64,000 bases of DNA from Escherichia coli (lineage in GTDB: Bacteria > Pseudomonadota > Gammaproteobacteria > Enterobacterales > Enterobacteriaceae), in NCBI RefSeq assembly GCF_030384885.1, contig NZ_CP128613.1; one strand, given 5' to 3'. This document shows positions 24,332 through 41,193 of the stretch, one piece after another; within the stretch, counting starts at the first letter, position 1, and every line of letters begins with the position of its first letter. Position numbers and translations under genes: made by a program. The notes under the pieces were generated by a model. It was not told where the DNA came from, made no database searches, and saw only the letters and a list, made by a program, of their open reading frames with translations.

Positions 24332-25747
24332 ATGATTATCCCAATTATTATGGCCGGTGGTTCTGGGACTCGCTTATGGCCTCTTTCGCGTTCGTTATAC
24401 CCGAAACAATTTTTATCATTGACTAATGAAAATAGTTTGCTCCAGGAAACGTTGAAGCGACTTGATGGATTAAATTGTTTGCCTCCTGTCATTGTTAGCA
24501 ATAATGAGCATAGATTTATTGTTGCTGAACAATTGCGACAGTTCGGTGTGGATGACTTCCAGATTATTCTAGAACCTGTAGGTAGAAATACTGCGCCCGC
24601 CGTTGCGCTGGCTGCTCTAAAGGCTCTGGAACTCCATGGCGATCATCATATGCTGGTTCTTGCTGCTGACCATGCTATTCAGGATATTGAAGCCTTCCAT
24701 GCAGCTGTTTTAGCTGCAGAACAAGAGTCCGTTGACAATAAGTTAGTGACTTTTGGCATCGTCCCGACCAAACCTGAAACTGGGTATGGCTATATTAAAA
24801 AGGGCGAACAAGTTAAAAACTCCGTATTTAAAGTAAATTCTTTCGTCGAAAAACCTGATTTAGAAACGGCTAAAAATTATCTCGAACAAAAATGCTATTT
24901 GTGGAATAGTGGTATGTTCATGTTCAAGGCGAGCGTATATTTAGATGAATTGAAAAAATTTCGCCCTGATATTTTAGCAGCGTGTAAAGAGTCGCTTTCC
25001 AGTGCTAGTACTGATCTAGATTTTATCAGATTAAATTCTGATGTCTTTGCAGAATGTCCCGATGAGTCAATTGATTATGCGGTAATGGAAAAAACTCAGG
25101 ATTGTGTAGTTATTCCACTTGATGCTGACTGGAGTGACATCGGATCATGGACATCACTTTGGGAAATATCAGAGAAAGATGAACATGAAAACGTATCGCA
25201 TGGTGATGTAATTAACTATAACAGCAGGAACAACTACATTTACTCTGAAGGTTCACTGATCAGCACTGTTGGAGTTAATAACCTTATTATAGTTCAAACT
25301 AAAGATGCGCTCCTGGTAGCACAGCAAGACAACGTACAAGACATAAAGAAAATTGTCGAAATTCTTAAAAAACAAAAACGTAGCGAACATATATCCCATC
25401 GCGAAGTCTATCGTCCTTGGGGACGTTATGATTCTGTAGAACGTGGCGACCGTTATCAGGTAAAACGTATTACCGTTAAGCCTGGTGAATGTCTCTCAAC
25501 ACAAATGCATCATCATCGAGCTGAGCATTGGGTGGTTGTCGCTGGTACTGCAAAGGTGACTTGCGGCGAACGCACTTATTTCGTCACTGAAAATGAGTCA
25601 ACTTTCATACCAATTGGCACAGTTCATACCTTGGAAAATCCAGGAAAGATACCATTAGAAGTAATTGAGATTCAGTCGGGTGTATATCTAGGTGATGATG
25701 ATATTGTGCGCCTAAGTGATAAATATGGTCGTGTTGAGGATAAATAA
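24332..25747 (+). CDS. manC: Mannose-1-phosphate guanylyltransferase (O-antigen copy), 471 aa
   Basis: [16 protein letters not shown] motif and cupin C-terminus; paralog of cpsB in this window but low GC. Confidence 0.9.
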   Translation: MIIPIIMAGGSGTRLWPLSRSLYPKQFLSLTNENSLLQETLKRLDGLNCLPPVIVSNNEHRFIVAEQLRQFGVDDFQIILEPVGRNTAPAVALAALKALELHGDHHMLVLAADHAIQDIEAFHAAVLAAEQESVDNKLVTFGIVPTKPETGYGYIKKGEQVKNSVFKVNSFVEKPDLETAKNYLEQKCYLWNSGMFMFKASVYLDELKKFRPDILAACKESLSSASTDLDFIRLNSDVFAECPDESIDYAVMEKTQDCVVIPLDADWSDIGSWTSLWEISEKDEHENVSHGDVINYNSRNNYIYSEGSLISTVGVNNLIIVQTKDALLVAQQDNVQDIKKIVEILKKQKRSEHISHREVYRPWGRYDSVERGDRYQVKRITVKPGECLSTQMHHHRAEHWVVVAGTAKVTCGERTYFVTENESTFIPIGTVHTLENPGKIPLEVIEIQSGVYLGDDDIVRLSDKYGRVEDK

Positions 25748-25751
25748 TTAT

Positions 25752-27173
25752 ATGAATATTACCAATGATGTAATTAAAAATAGCGGAATTGCATTTGGTA
25801 CAAGTGGTGCTCGTGGATTAGTGAAAGATTTTACACCCAACGTGTGTGCTGCATTCACTTATGCTTTTATCGATGTAATGATGAAGGATTTTTCTTTTAA
25901 AGAGGTTGCGCTCGCAATAGATAATCGCCCAAGCAGCTATGCTATGGCACAAGCTTGCGCAGCAGCATTGTTGGAATGTAGTATTAAACCTATTTACTAC
26001 GGTGTAATTCCAACTCCAGCTTTGGCAAATCAAGCGATTGCCGATGGGATTCCTGCAATAATGGTTACTGGAAGTCATATTCCATTTGATAGAAATGGTT
26101 TGAAATTCTATCGTCCAGACGGGGAAATTTCAAAAGAAAATGAGAACAGCATTATACATGCTGAAAAAGAATATCCTGATGTAACTGTATTGCCAGAATT
26201 ACAATGTTCAAAGCGTGCCGCTGATACTTATATCGAGAGAAACACTTCAATTTTTTCAAATATATTTAAAGGTAAACGTATCGGGATTTATGAACATTCA
26301 AGTGCGGGACGGGATCTTTATCCAGAAATATTCAGTAAGCTTGGTGCTGAAGTTGTAAGTATTGGTAGAAGTGATGAGTTTGTGCCTATTGATACTGAAG
26401 CAGTATCAAAAGAAGATGAAGAAAAAGCTTTACACTGGTCATCTGAGTATGACCTCGATATGATTTTTTCTACCGATGGTGATGGCGATCGTCCTTTGGT
26501 TGCTGACGAAAATGGCGTTTGGTTACGGGGTGATATATTAGGACTATTTTGCTCAAAGGCAATGAATATTGAAGCGGTAGCTGTACCTGTAAGTTGTAAT
26601 ACGGTTATTCAGACCTGCGGGTGGTTTAATCATGTAACGCTGACTAAAATTGGTTCACCATACGTCATTTCAGCGTTTGATTCTCTGAATAATAGTTTTG
26701 ATAGTGTTGCAGGGTTTGAGGCTAACGGTGGGTATCTTTTAGGTAGCGATGTAAATTATAACAGCGGTATGATTAAAGCGCTTCCAACAAGAGATGCTGT
26801 TTTGCCTGCTTTAATGGTACTGGCACTGGCTATAAAAAATAATGTGACTATTTCAAAACTTTTGGCGGAGTTGCCACCACGATTTACCTATTCAAATAGA
26901 GTTCAAAATTTTGCAACAAGCAAAAGCAAAAGCATTATCGCGTCAGCTCAAGAAAATCCTCAAGAATTTATCGAAAGAATAGGCTTTGTCGACCTTCATG
27001 TACAATCGGTGGATACAATTGACGGGTTAAGATTGACACTAAGTGATGGTTCAATAATCCATTTGCGACCGTCAGGCAACGCACCTGAATTGCGATGCTA
27101 TGCAGAAGCAGATAACATAATAAAAGCTGAGAAATTAGTGTTAGAAATTTTGCATAAAGTTACTCTTTTGTAA
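25752..27173 (+). CDS. manB: Phosphomannomutase-like alpha-D-phosphohexomutase (O-antigen copy), ~473 aa, divergent from cpsG
   Basis: Phosphohexomutase loops present but atypical: TGSHIP (phosphoserine loop), DGDGDR (metal), GFEANGG (sugar), RPSGNAPE (phosphate); start set to MNITNDV at 25752. Confidence 0.75.
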   Translation: MNITNDVIKNSGIAFGTSGARGLVKDFTPNVCAAFTYAFIDVMMKDFSFKEVALAIDNRPSSYAMAQACAAALLECSIKPIYYGVIPTPALANQAIADGIPAIMVTGSHIPFDRNGLKFYRPDGEISKENENSIIHAEKEYPDVTVLPELQCSKRAADTYIERNTSIFSNIFKGKRIGIYEHSSAGRDLYPEIFSKLGAEVVSIGRSDEFVPIDTEAVSKEDEEKALHWSSEYDLDMIFSTDGDGDRPLVADENGVWLRGDILGLFCSKAMNIEAVAVPVSCNTVIQTCGWFNHVTLTKIGSPYVISAFDSLNNSFDSVAGFEANGGYLLGSDVNYNSGMIKALPTRDAVLPALMVLALAIKNNVTISKLLAELPPRFTYSNRVQNFATSKSKSIIASAQENPQEFIERIGFVDLHVQSVDTIDGLRLTLSDGSIIHLRPSGNAPELRCYAEADNIIKAEKLVLEILHKVTLL

Positions 27174-27356
27174 AAAAATATAAACTTTTTTCTACTCTTG
27201 AGCGGTTTGTCATTGAACCGCTCAGTAATAGATTATTTTTAACTTGTTTATATTTAGCATTGGTGTTTTTATTTGCGTTCATCCCGAATAAGAGATTGTA
27301 AAATTAACTGTTTCTTGTTTTTCAAATGAGTTACTTCACTAGCAAAGCTAATTACT

Positions 27357-28688
27357 ATGCATAAGCAATATTATTCATTATTGTGCAATAAAATACAGTT
27401 TAAACATCTGGCTATATATTTTTCTGTATTTCTTTCACTATCCTCATGTTTCTTGTGGGGAGGGGCGGATACATTTGTATCGCAAGTGTATATTGATATT
27501 TTAGCCACTATATCTACAGCTCTATTAGTTATTTTGATGTTCTATTATTATATTAATAGAGTTCGCTATTTATCACTAACCTTACTTTTTGCATTCGTTT
27601 TTTCTTTGATTATTGGTTTGCCATCGATTTATCTTTACTATTTTAAAAACGCAAATCATGGGTTTGAAATAATTTGTATCTGGGGGATGTTGATCAATTC
27701 CATCCTTTACTTGCAAACAACAGAGACTGTCATAAAAGAAGAAAAAAGATATTTAACTAGTTTATTTTATATTTTGTTTTCTATTGTTGCACTGTGTCAA
27801 TTATGCAAAATATTAATTTATCTTATGTTTATATTGAATTCAGGAGAAGGGCATTTAGCAATTTATACTGAAAGCGAAGAATTGCTATCCCAAGTTCCAT
27901 TTTTTATTCGTGCTATTAGTGGTTTTGCAGTTGTAATGTCATTGTCCACTTTTTATTTTAAAACACCGACCTACATTAAAGTTATTGCATTTATTTTACT
28001 TGCATCTGATTTAGCTATTGGAATACGTAATAAGTTTTTCTTTTCAGTGATTTGTATTTTTATACTATATATGTACTCTAATGAGTATAGAGTAAGGAAT
28101 TTATTTAAGCAGCTCTCAAAACCAATATTTCTCATCGCGGGTTTTTTATGCTTCTCGATGGTATCGTATTTCCGTGAAGGGTACCAAATCGATTTTATGA
28201 ATTATATTGGCATTGTTTTAGATTCGCTATCCTCTACTCTTGGGGGGATGCAGAATTTGTTTGATATGCAATCATCAGGATGGGATCAACTTCATCCCGC
28301 TGTGGTATTCACACAAGTATTACCGCTAAGCGGTCTTGGTTTTCTTGATGATCAACAAATCGCAAAAGATTTTTCAATAATTGTTTTAGGTGATGTATCC
28401 TCTGGTATTGCGTTGTCATCTTCAGGATTGTTAGAGTCATCGTTGCTGAGTCTAAATTTGGGAGTGATTATTTATTTACTGTATTTATCAGGGGTGATGC
28501 TATTTATTAAATGGGGACTAAATAATCAACGGATAATAATAAACTTTGTTGCCATCTCCATGATATCTGGATTTTTTTATGCTGTTCGTGGTGAACTGAT
28601 TTTGCCATTGGCTTTTCTTCTAAAATCATTGCCGATTGTTCTTATATCTCCATTACTTGTTAAAAATAAAATTTATCATGGTCAGTAA
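27357..28688 (+). CDS. wzy: Putative O-antigen polymerase Wzy (polytopic membrane protein), 443 aa
   Basis: Very hydrophobic, low-GC, poor RBS, lies next to wzx in the O-antigen cluster; assignment by elimination. Confidence 0.55.
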   Translation: MHKQYYSLLCNKIQFKHLAIYFSVFLSLSSCFLWGGADTFVSQVYIDILATISTALLVILMFYYYINRVRYLSLTLLFAFVFSLIIGLPSIYLYYFKNANHGFEIICIWGMLINSILYLQTTETVIKEEKRYLTSLFYILFSIVALCQLCKILIYLMFILNSGEGHLAIYTESEELLSQVPFFIRAISGFAVVMSLSTFYFKTPTYIKVIAFILLASDLAIGIRNKFFFSVICIFILYMYSNEYRVRNLFKQLSKPIFLIAGFLCFSMVSYFREGYQIDFMNYIGIVLDSLSSTLGGMQNLFDMQSSGWDQLHPAVVFTQVLPLSGLGFLDDQQIAKDFSIIVLGDVSSGIALSSSGLLESSLLSLNLGVIIYLLYLSGVMLFIKWGLNNQRIIINFVAISMISGFFYAVRGELILPLAFLLKSLPIVLISPLLVKNKIYHGQ

Positions 28689-28729
28689 GTGGTTTATTTT
28701 TCGACCAGGATCTCACCAGTAGGCATGAC

Positions 28730-29965
28730 ATGATCAAAGAAATTTTCTCCGATGGCATTTTTTCGCTATTTAATAAAATATGTTACTTCGGTTTTAAAAC
28801 ACTTGCAATAATTCTGATTACTCGTTCCTTAGGAGAAGATGTAGGCGGAGAGTTCATTTTTTTAGTTGGTTTTCTCGAAGTCCTTCGGGTGGTTACTGAT
28901 TTTGGTGTGGATCTGTTTGTTATAAAAAAATATAATGATTCTACAGATAAAATAAAACTATTAAATGTAACGTTTGCACAAAAAATTCTTTCTGGAGTAA
29001 TTGTTTCACTACTGTTTTGTTTGTATTCTTTTGTTCATGGTTATCAATATAATGTCTATATTCCTATTGTGTTAGCCTTACCTGTTGCTTTATTTTTTAA
29101 TTTCTCAAATAGCTATTTTCAATCTCTCAATTCCAATAAATCCCTCACGTTTCCGATCGCAATTGCATCTATTGCAACGTGTACGATCTTCGCTATTCAG
29201 TATTTTTTAAACGTTAAATTTAACGCATGGGATTACCTGTGTGTTGAACTATTATTCGTATCGCTGGTTACACTAAAACTATTCGTTAGTGTCAAGTTTA
29301 GGTTTATTAGAACGTCAGCTTTTGATGTGCTAATGTCAATTCTTTCTTTATATAAATATACATTAAGTATAGGTCTTACAGCTGTTGTTGTAATTATTTA
29401 TAGCCGTGTAGATAATTTTTATCTCAAGACATTTGCCCCAGGGGATCTTGCAGCATATGGCCAGATATTTAGGATGGTTGATCCACTGGTTATGGTTTCT
29501 TCTGTATTTTCTACAGTTGCCTATGCAAGATTTTGCCGAATTAACTTACAAGAAAAAAATGCTTTTACTAAGGTGTTTCAGTTCCTGTTATGTATTGTGG
29601 CATATGGCGTGCTGAGTTCATTAGTTTATTTCTTTATAATAAAATACCTGGGTCATTTTGTGTTGATTTCTAATGTTAATAATGATTTCTTGATAATGAT
29701 GTTCTTGATTGTTGCATGTGTGAAATGTATCAATGGTGGTACAACTGCAATAATTCAGTCACAGGGGTTTTATAAAGTGGGTTTGTATGTTTCGTATGTT
29801 TGCATTTTGACATCGATACCAACTATGTATTTCTTAATAATGAAGTACGGTGTTAAAGGTGCTGCTATGACGATTCTGCTTGTAGAGTGTATTAGTTTCA
29901 TATTACTTCTCTGCAGCTTTTTTATGATAAAAAAGATGCGTCCTAAAAAAACATTCGAAATGTAA
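28730..29965 (+). CDS. wzx: Putative O-antigen flippase Wzx, 411 aa
   Basis: N-terminal region LAIILITRSLGEDVGGEFIFLVG...DFGVDLFVIKK parallels the wzxC N-terminus (LARIIDNHQFGLLTV...DFGIANSIIQRK); about 12 hydrophobic segments. Confidence 0.65.
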   Translation: MIKEIFSDGIFSLFNKICYFGFKTLAIILITRSLGEDVGGEFIFLVGFLEVLRVVTDFGVDLFVIKKYNDSTDKIKLLNVTFAQKILSGVIVSLLFCLYSFVHGYQYNVYIPIVLALPVALFFNFSNSYFQSLNSNKSLTFPIAIASIATCTIFAIQYFLNVKFNAWDYLCVELLFVSLVTLKLFVSVKFRFIRTSAFDVLMSILSLYKYTLSIGLTAVVVIIYSRVDNFYLKTFAPGDLAAYGQIFRMVDPLVMVSSVFSTVAYARFCRINLQEKNAFTKVFQFLLCIVAYGVLSSLVYFFIIKYLGHFVLISNVNNDFLIMMFLIVACVKCINGGTTAIIQSQGFYKVGLYVSYVCILTSIPTMYFLIMKYGVKGAAMTILLVECISFILLLCSFFMIKKMRPKKTFEM

Positions 29966-30117
29966 TCAATGAGTCCTCTTTGAATAGAATTAGTTTGTTC
30001 TATTTATGAACACTTAGCTTGAGTAAGTTCTAACATAGATTACTAATTGTTTGATACTATCTGCTTTACAAGCATAACCGCGTATGTCGCGGTGACCACA
30101 CCTGACAGGAGTATGTA

Positions 30118-31524
30118 ATGTCCAAGCAACAGATCGGCGTCGTCGGTATGGCAGTGATGGGGCGCAACCTGGCGCTCAACATCGAAAGCCGTGGTTATAC
30201 CGTCTCCGTCTTCAACCGCTCCCGCGAAAAAACTGAAGAAGTTGTTGCCGAGAACCCGGGTAAGAAACTGGTTCCTTATTACACGGTGAAAGAGTTTGTC
30301 GAGTCTCTTGAAACCCCACGTCGCATCCTGTTAATGGTGAAAGCAGGTGCAGGCACGGATGCTGCTATTGATTCCCTCAAGCCATACCTCGATAAAGGTG
30401 ACATCATCATTGATGGTGGTAATACCTTCTTCCAGGACACCATTCGTCGTAACCGTGAGCTTTCTGCAGAAGGCTTTAACTTCATCGGTACCGGTGTTTC
30501 CGGCGGTGAAGAAGGTGCGCTGAAAGGACCTTCCATTATGCCTGGTGGGCAGAAAGAAGCCTATGAACTGGTTGCGCCGATCCTGACCAAAATCGCCGCC
30601 GTTGCTGAAGATGGCGAACCGTGCGTTACCTATATCGGTGCTGATGGCGCAGGCCATTATGTGAAGATGGTTCACAACGGTATTGAATACGGTGATATGC
30701 AACTGATTGCTGAAGCCTATTCTCTCCTGAAAGGCGGCCTGAATCTCTCTAACGAAGAACTGGCACAGACCTTTACCGAGTGGAATAACGGTGAACTAAG
30801 CAGCTACCTGATCGACATCACCAAAGACATCTTCACTAAAAAAGATGAAGACGGTAACTACCTGGTTGATGTGATCCTGGATGAAGCGGCTAACAAAGGT
30901 ACTGGTAAATGGACCAGCCAGAGCGCGCTGGATCTCGGCGAACCGCTGTCACTGATTACCGAGTCTGTGTTTGCCCGTTATATCTCTTCTCTGAAAGATC
31001 AGCGCGTTGCCGCGTCTAAAGTTCTCACTGGCCCGAAAGCGCAGCCAGCAGGCGATAAGGCTGAGTTTATCGAGAAAGTTCGTCGTGCGCTGTATCTGGG
31101 CAAAATCGTTTCTTACGCTCAGGGCTTCTCTCAGCTACGCGCCGCGTCTGAAGAGTACAACTGGGATCTGAACTACGGCGAAATCGCGAAGATTTTCCGT
31201 GCTGGCTGCATCATCCGTGCGCAGTTCCTGCAGAAAATCACCGATGCATACGCCGAAAATCCGCAGATCGCTAACCTGCTGCTGGCTCCGTACTTCAAGC
31301 AAATTGCCGATGACTACCAGCAGGCGCTGCGTGATGTCGTTGCTTATGCTATACAGAACGGTATCCCGGTTCCGACCTTCGCCGCTGCGGTTGCCTATTA
31401 TGACAGCTACCGTGCCGCTGTTCTGCCTGCAAACCTGATCCAGGCACAGCGTGACTATTTCGGTGCGCATACTTATAAGCGCATTGATAAAGAAGGTGTG
31501 TTCCATACTGAATGGCTGGATTAA
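30118..31524 (+). CDS. gnd: 6-phosphogluconate dehydrogenase (decarboxylating), 468 aa
   Basis: N-terminal [20 protein letters not shown]-binding motif; size; position downstream of the O-antigen cluster. Confidence 0.97.
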   Translation: MSKQQIGVVGMAVMGRNLALNIESRGYTVSVFNRSREKTEEVVAENPGKKLVPYYTVKEFVESLETPRRILLMVKAGAGTDAAIDSLKPYLDKGDIIIDGGNTFFQDTIRRNRELSAEGFNFIGTGVSGGEEGALKGPSIMPGGQKEAYELVAPILTKIAAVAEDGEPCVTYIGADGAGHYVKMVHNGIEYGDMQLIAEAYSLLKGGLNLSNEELAQTFTEWNNGELSSYLIDITKDIFTKKDEDGNYLVDVILDEAANKGTGKWTSQSALDLGEPLSLITESVFARYISSLKDQRVAASKVLTGPKAQPAGDKAEFIEKVRRALYLGKIVSYAQGFSQLRAASEEYNWDLNYGEIAKIFRAGCIIRAQFLQKITDAYAENPQIANLLLAPYFKQIADDYQQALRDVVAYAIQNGIPVPTFAAAVAYYDSYRAAVLPANLIQAQRDYFGAHTYKRIDKEGVFHTEWLD

Positions 31525-31551
31525 TCTGATTTAACCAACAATAAAATTGAG

Positions 31552-31583
31552 GCCCGGCGTATATTGCACCGGGCTTTTTTTTT
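31552..31583 (+). terminator. Rho-independent terminator after gnd
   Basis: Hairpin gcccggcgtatattgcaccgggc followed by T9. Confidence 0.8.
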
Positions 31584-31764
31584 GCCAAATATCTTATAGA
31601 CTAAATTTCACTGCTTAATATTAACTTAATAAATATCAGCTATTCTTATAAAGAAAATCTGAATTGTTTTTCGTTGCGTTGACCATCTGACAACGTAGCG
31701 TTAAAACTTTTAACTCTTATCAGGATGCTAAAAACATCATGATTCACAGTTAAGTTAATTCTGA

Positions 31765-32940
<1,176 letters not shown>

Positions 32941-33085
32941 CATCTTGTTATCAGGGCTATTTACGCCCTGATTGTCTTTTGTTACTTACACAATAATTCA
33001 TTATTTTTATCATTTATCCTATAGCATTCACGAGGATTATCGCTAAACTATGCGGACTTGGAAATTTCCGTCAGTTAGGGTAATG

Positions 33086-34063
33086 ATGAGAGTAGAAAAT
33101 AATAATGTTTCTGGGCAAAACCATGACCCGGAACAGATTGATTTGATTGATTTACTGGTCCAACTATGGCGTGGCAAGATGACTATCATCATTTCCGTCA
33201 TTGTGGCTATTGCCCTGGCTATTGGATATTTGGCAGTAGCGAAGGAGAAATGGACGTCAACAGCAATTATCACTCAGCCCGATGTGGGGCAAATTGCTGG
33301 CTATAACAATGCCATGAATGTTATCTATGGTCAGGCTGCACCGAAAGTATCGGATTTGCAGGAGACGTTAATTGGTCGCTTCAGTTCTGCCTTCTCTGCA
33401 TTAGCAGAAACGCTGGATAATCAGGAAGAACCAGAAAAACTTACCATCGAACCTTCTGTTAAGAACCAGCAATTACCATTGACTGTTTCTTATGTTGGGC
33501 AAACTGCAGAGGGCGCACAAATGAAGTTGGCCCAATACATTCAGCAAGTTGACGATAAAGTGAATCAAGAGCTAGAAAAGGATCTCAAGGACAACATTGC
33601 TCTGGGACGGAAAAACTTGCAGGACTCTTTAAGAACACAGGAAGTGGTTGCGCAGGAACAGAAAGATCTGCGTATCCGTCAAATTCAGGAAGCGTTGCAG
33701 TATGCGAATCAGGCGCAGGTGACAAAGCCACAGGTTCAGCAGACTGAAGATGTGACGCAAGATACGTTATTCCTTTTGGGTAGCGAAGCGCTGGAGTCGA
33801 TGATTAAGCACGAGGCGACCCGTCCGTTGGTGTTCTCGCCAAACTACTATCAGACTCGTCAAAACCTGCTGGATATCGAAAACTTAAAGGTTGATGATCT
33901 TGATATTCATGCTTACCGTTATGTGATGAAACCGACGTTACCTATTCGTCGCGATAGCCCGAAAAAGGCAATTACCTTGATTCTGGCGGTGCTGCTGGGC
34001 GGCATGGTTGGCGCGGGGATTGTGTTGGGGCGTAACGCTCTGCGTAATTACAACGCGAAGTAA
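33086..34063 (+). CDS. wzzB: O-antigen chain-length determinant WzzB (Cld), ~325 aa
   Basis: N-terminal TM, periplasmic coiled-coil region, C-terminal TM with G-rich LLGGMVGAGIVLG; start at MRVENNN. Confidence 0.9.
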   Translation: MRVENNNVSGQNHDPEQIDLIDLLVQLWRGKMTIIISVIVAIALAIGYLAVAKEKWTSTAIITQPDVGQIAGYNNAMNVIYGQAAPKVSDLQETLIGRFSSAFSALAETLDNQEEPEKLTIEPSVKNQQLPLTVSYVGQTAEGAQMKLAQYIQQVDDKVNQELEKDLKDNIALGRKNLQDSLRTQEVVAQEQKDLRIRQIQEALQYANQAQVTKPQVQQTEDVTQDTLFLLGSEALESMIKHEATRPLVFSPNYYQTRQNLLDIENLKVDDLDIHAYRYVMKPTLPIRRDSPKKAITLILAVLLGGMVGAGIVLGRNALRNYNAK

Positions 34064-34080
34064 TCTTTTCGGTTTTAAAG

Positions 34081-34118
34081 AAAAAGGGCAGGGTGGTGAC
34101 ACCTTGCCCGTTTTTTTT
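34081..34118. terminator. Bidirectional rho-independent terminator (wzzB on +, his operon on -)
   Basis: aaaaagggcagggtggtgacaccttgcccgtttttttt: stem flanked by A-run and T-run; followed by a second palindrome ccggatgcgacaacaacatcgcatccgg. Confidence 0.75.
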
Positions 34119-34159
34119 GCCGGATGCGACAACAACATCGCATCCGGTCAGCACGCAAC

Positions 34160-34764
34160 TCACTGATGCCGTTTACGCAGGTTCTCAATCACCGTTGTTA
34201 AATCCAGATCCTGATCCTGCAACAACACCAGCAGGTGATACATCAAATCAGACGCCTCGTTGGTTAGCTCAAAGCGATCATGTACTGTCGCGGCCAGTGC
34301 GGTTTCCACGCCTTCTTCGCCCACTTTCTGCGCAATGCGTTTGGTGCCGCTGGCATACAGTTTGGCAGTGTAAGAGGTTTCCGGGTCGGCAGATTTGCGT
34401 TCGGCGAGCAGTTGTTCCAGTTGATAAAGGAACAGCCACTGGTGAGCGGTGTCGCCGAAGCAGCTGCTGGTGCCTTTGTGGCAGGTCGGGCCGATGGGAT
34501 TCGCCAGCAACAGTAACGTGTCGTTGTCGCAGTCCGGCGTAATATTTACTACGTTGAGGAAATTGCCCGACGTTTCGCCTTTGGTCCACAGTCGCTGTTT
34601 AGTGCGCGAGAAGAAGGTGACTTTGCCACTTTCGATGGTTTTGTCTAAGGCTTCCGGGTTCATATAGCCCAGCATTAACACTTCGCCGGATACCGCGTGT
34701 TGCACAATCACCGGCAGCAGTCCGTCGGTTTTTTCCCAGTCCAGTTCGCGACGTTGTTGTTCTG

Positions 34765-34771
<7 letters not shown>
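34160..34771 (-). CDS. hisI: Bifunctional phosphoribosyl-AMP cyclohydrolase / phosphoribosyl-ATP pyrophosphatase, 203 aa
   Basis: Size and position as last gene of the his operon. Confidence 0.95.
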
Positions 34772-36849
<2,078 letters not shown>

Positions 36850-36850
<1 letters not shown>

Positions 36851-37916
36851 TACAGCACTCCTTTAGACGAGGGCAGGGTGTCGCCTTCCACGCGGATAGC
36901 TTGGCGCAGGGTGCGACCAAAAGCTTTGAACAGGCTCTCTACACGGTGGTGATCGTTTTTACCTTTGGTTTTCAGGTGCAGGGTCACGCCCATGGTGTAT
37001 GAAAGCGAACGGAAGAAGTGCTCGATCATCTCGGTGCTGAGATCGCCCACGCGCTGGTAGGTAAACTCGGCTTTATATTCCAGGTGCGGGCGACCAGAGA
37101 TATCCAGCGCGCAGCGGGCAAGGCATTCGTCCATCGGCAGCACAAAACCGAAGCGGCAAATACCGCGTTTGTCGCCAAGAGCTATTTTTAACGCTTCGCC
37201 CAGCGCCAGACCGGTATCTTCGACAGTGTGGTGATCGTCGATATAGAGGTCGCCTTTAACGTTGATTTCCATACGGAAGCCGCCGTGGGTAGCAATCTGA
37301 TCCAGCATGTGATCAAAGAAGCCAACGCCGGTGTTAATCTTGCTGCCACCCTCGCGATCCAGCCACACCTGAACGTCAATCTGCGTCTCTTTGGTGTTGC
37401 GCACTACATGGGCATAACGATCGCGTTTAGTGAGCTGTTCGCCAATCATCGGCCAGTTCAGAGTATCGCGGTCGTAACGTAAACCATTAATGCCCATGTT
37501 TTCGGCCAGTTGAATATCGGTCGCGCGATCGCCAATAACATAACTGTTGGCACGATCCATCGCTTGCTCAGCCAGATAACGCTCCACCAGTTTGACTTTC
37601 GGCTTACGGCAGTCGCACTCATCGGCGGGCAGGTGTGGACAAATCAGCACTTCATCAAACTGCACGCCTTGCGAGGTGAAGATCTGCAACATCAGGTTGT
37701 GCGGGCCATCAAAATCCGCCTGCGGGAAACTTTGTGTTCCAAGACCATCCTGATTAGTGATCATCACCAGCTTGTAGCCCGCTTTTTGCAGCTTCAGCAG
37801 TTCCGGGATCACGCCCGGTTCAAAGGCGAGTTTGTCAAAACGGTCCACCTGAAAATCACTCGGCGGTTCGCTAATCAGGGTTCCATCGCGATCGATAAAA
37901 AGATACTTCTGACTCA

Positions 37917-37917
<1 letters not shown>
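36850..37917 (-). CDS. hisB: Bifunctional histidinol-phosphatase / imidazoleglycerol-phosphate dehydratase, 355 aa
   Basis: N-terminal HAD motif FIDRDGTL, C-terminal IGPD domain; start set to ATG at 37915-37917. Confidence 0.95.
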
Positions 37918-40288
<2,371 letters not shown>

Positions 40289-40293
40289 GGCGA

Positions 40294-41193
40294 TCACTCC
40301 ATCATCTTCTCAATCGGCAGGACCAGAATCGAACTGGCACCCAGCGCTTTCAGTTTTTCCATCGTTTCCCAGAACAGGGTTTCGCTACTGACCATGTGCA
40401 TCGCTACGCGCTGTTGATCACCCGCCAGCGGTAGAATGGTTGGGCGTTCGGCACCTGGCAGCAGAGCGATGACTTCATCCAGTCGGTCGGTTGGTGCGTG
40501 CATCATGATGTATTTTGATTCGCGCGCCTGGATCACGCCCTGAATACGCGTCAGCAGTTTGTCGATCAGTTGCTGTTTGGATTCTTCCATTTCGCCATCG
40601 CGTTGGATCAGGCAGGCTTTCGAGCGGTAGATAACTTCGACTTCGCGCAGGCCGTTAGCTTCCAGCGTGGCACCGGTGGAAACCAGATCGCAAATCGCAT
40701 CCGCCAGGCCGGCGCGCGGCGCAACTTCGACAGAACCGTTCAGTAAGCAGGATTTAAAAGAGATGCCTTTCTGATCGAGATAACGCTTGAGCAGGTGAGG
40801 ATAAGAGGTGGCGATACGTTTACCGTTTAAGGAGAGCGGGCCGTCCCAGGCTTCATCAACCGGCGTTGCCAGCGAAAGGCGGCAGCCTCCGAAATCCAGA
40901 CGACGCAGGGTAAAGTAGCGCGGATCTTCACCCTGGGCGCGGCGGTTAAGCAGCTCTTCTTCCAGCACGTTTTCGCCGATAATCCCAAGGTCAACCACGC
41001 CGTCCATTACCAGACCGGGAATGTCGTCGTCACGTACGCGCAGAATATCAATCGGCATGTTTTCTGCCATCGCGATCAGGCGCTGGGTGTGAAGATTAAT
41101 TTTAATGCCGCAGCGCGCCAGTAATTCGCGTGAGTCATCACTTAAACGGCCGGATTTCTGCATAGCTATGCGTAAACGAGTGTTGTCTGTCAT
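40294..41193 (-). CDS. hisG: ATP phosphoribosyltransferase, 299 aa
   Basis: Start set to [17 protein letters not shown]; ORF upstream extension crosses the attenuator and is rejected. Confidence 0.95.
   Translation of the reverse strand: MTDNTRLRIAMQKSGRLSDDSRELLARCGIKINLHTQRLIAMAENMPIDILRVRDDDIPGLVMDGVVDLGIIGENVLEEELLNRRAQGEDPRYFTLRRLDFGGCRLSLATPVDEAWDGPLSLNGKRIATSYPHLLKRYLDQKGISFKSCLLNGSVEVAPRAGLADAICDLVSTGATLEANGLREVEVIYRSKACLIQRDGEMEESKQQLIDKLLTRIQGVIQARESKYIMMHAPTDRLDEVIALLPGAERPTILPLAGDQQRVAMHMVSSETLFWETMEKLKALGASSILVLPIEKMME

Noticed and set aside
34093-34542. 149-aa + strand ORF overlapping hisI
   Set aside because: Antisense to hisI and starts inside the wzzB/his terminator; no coding signal.
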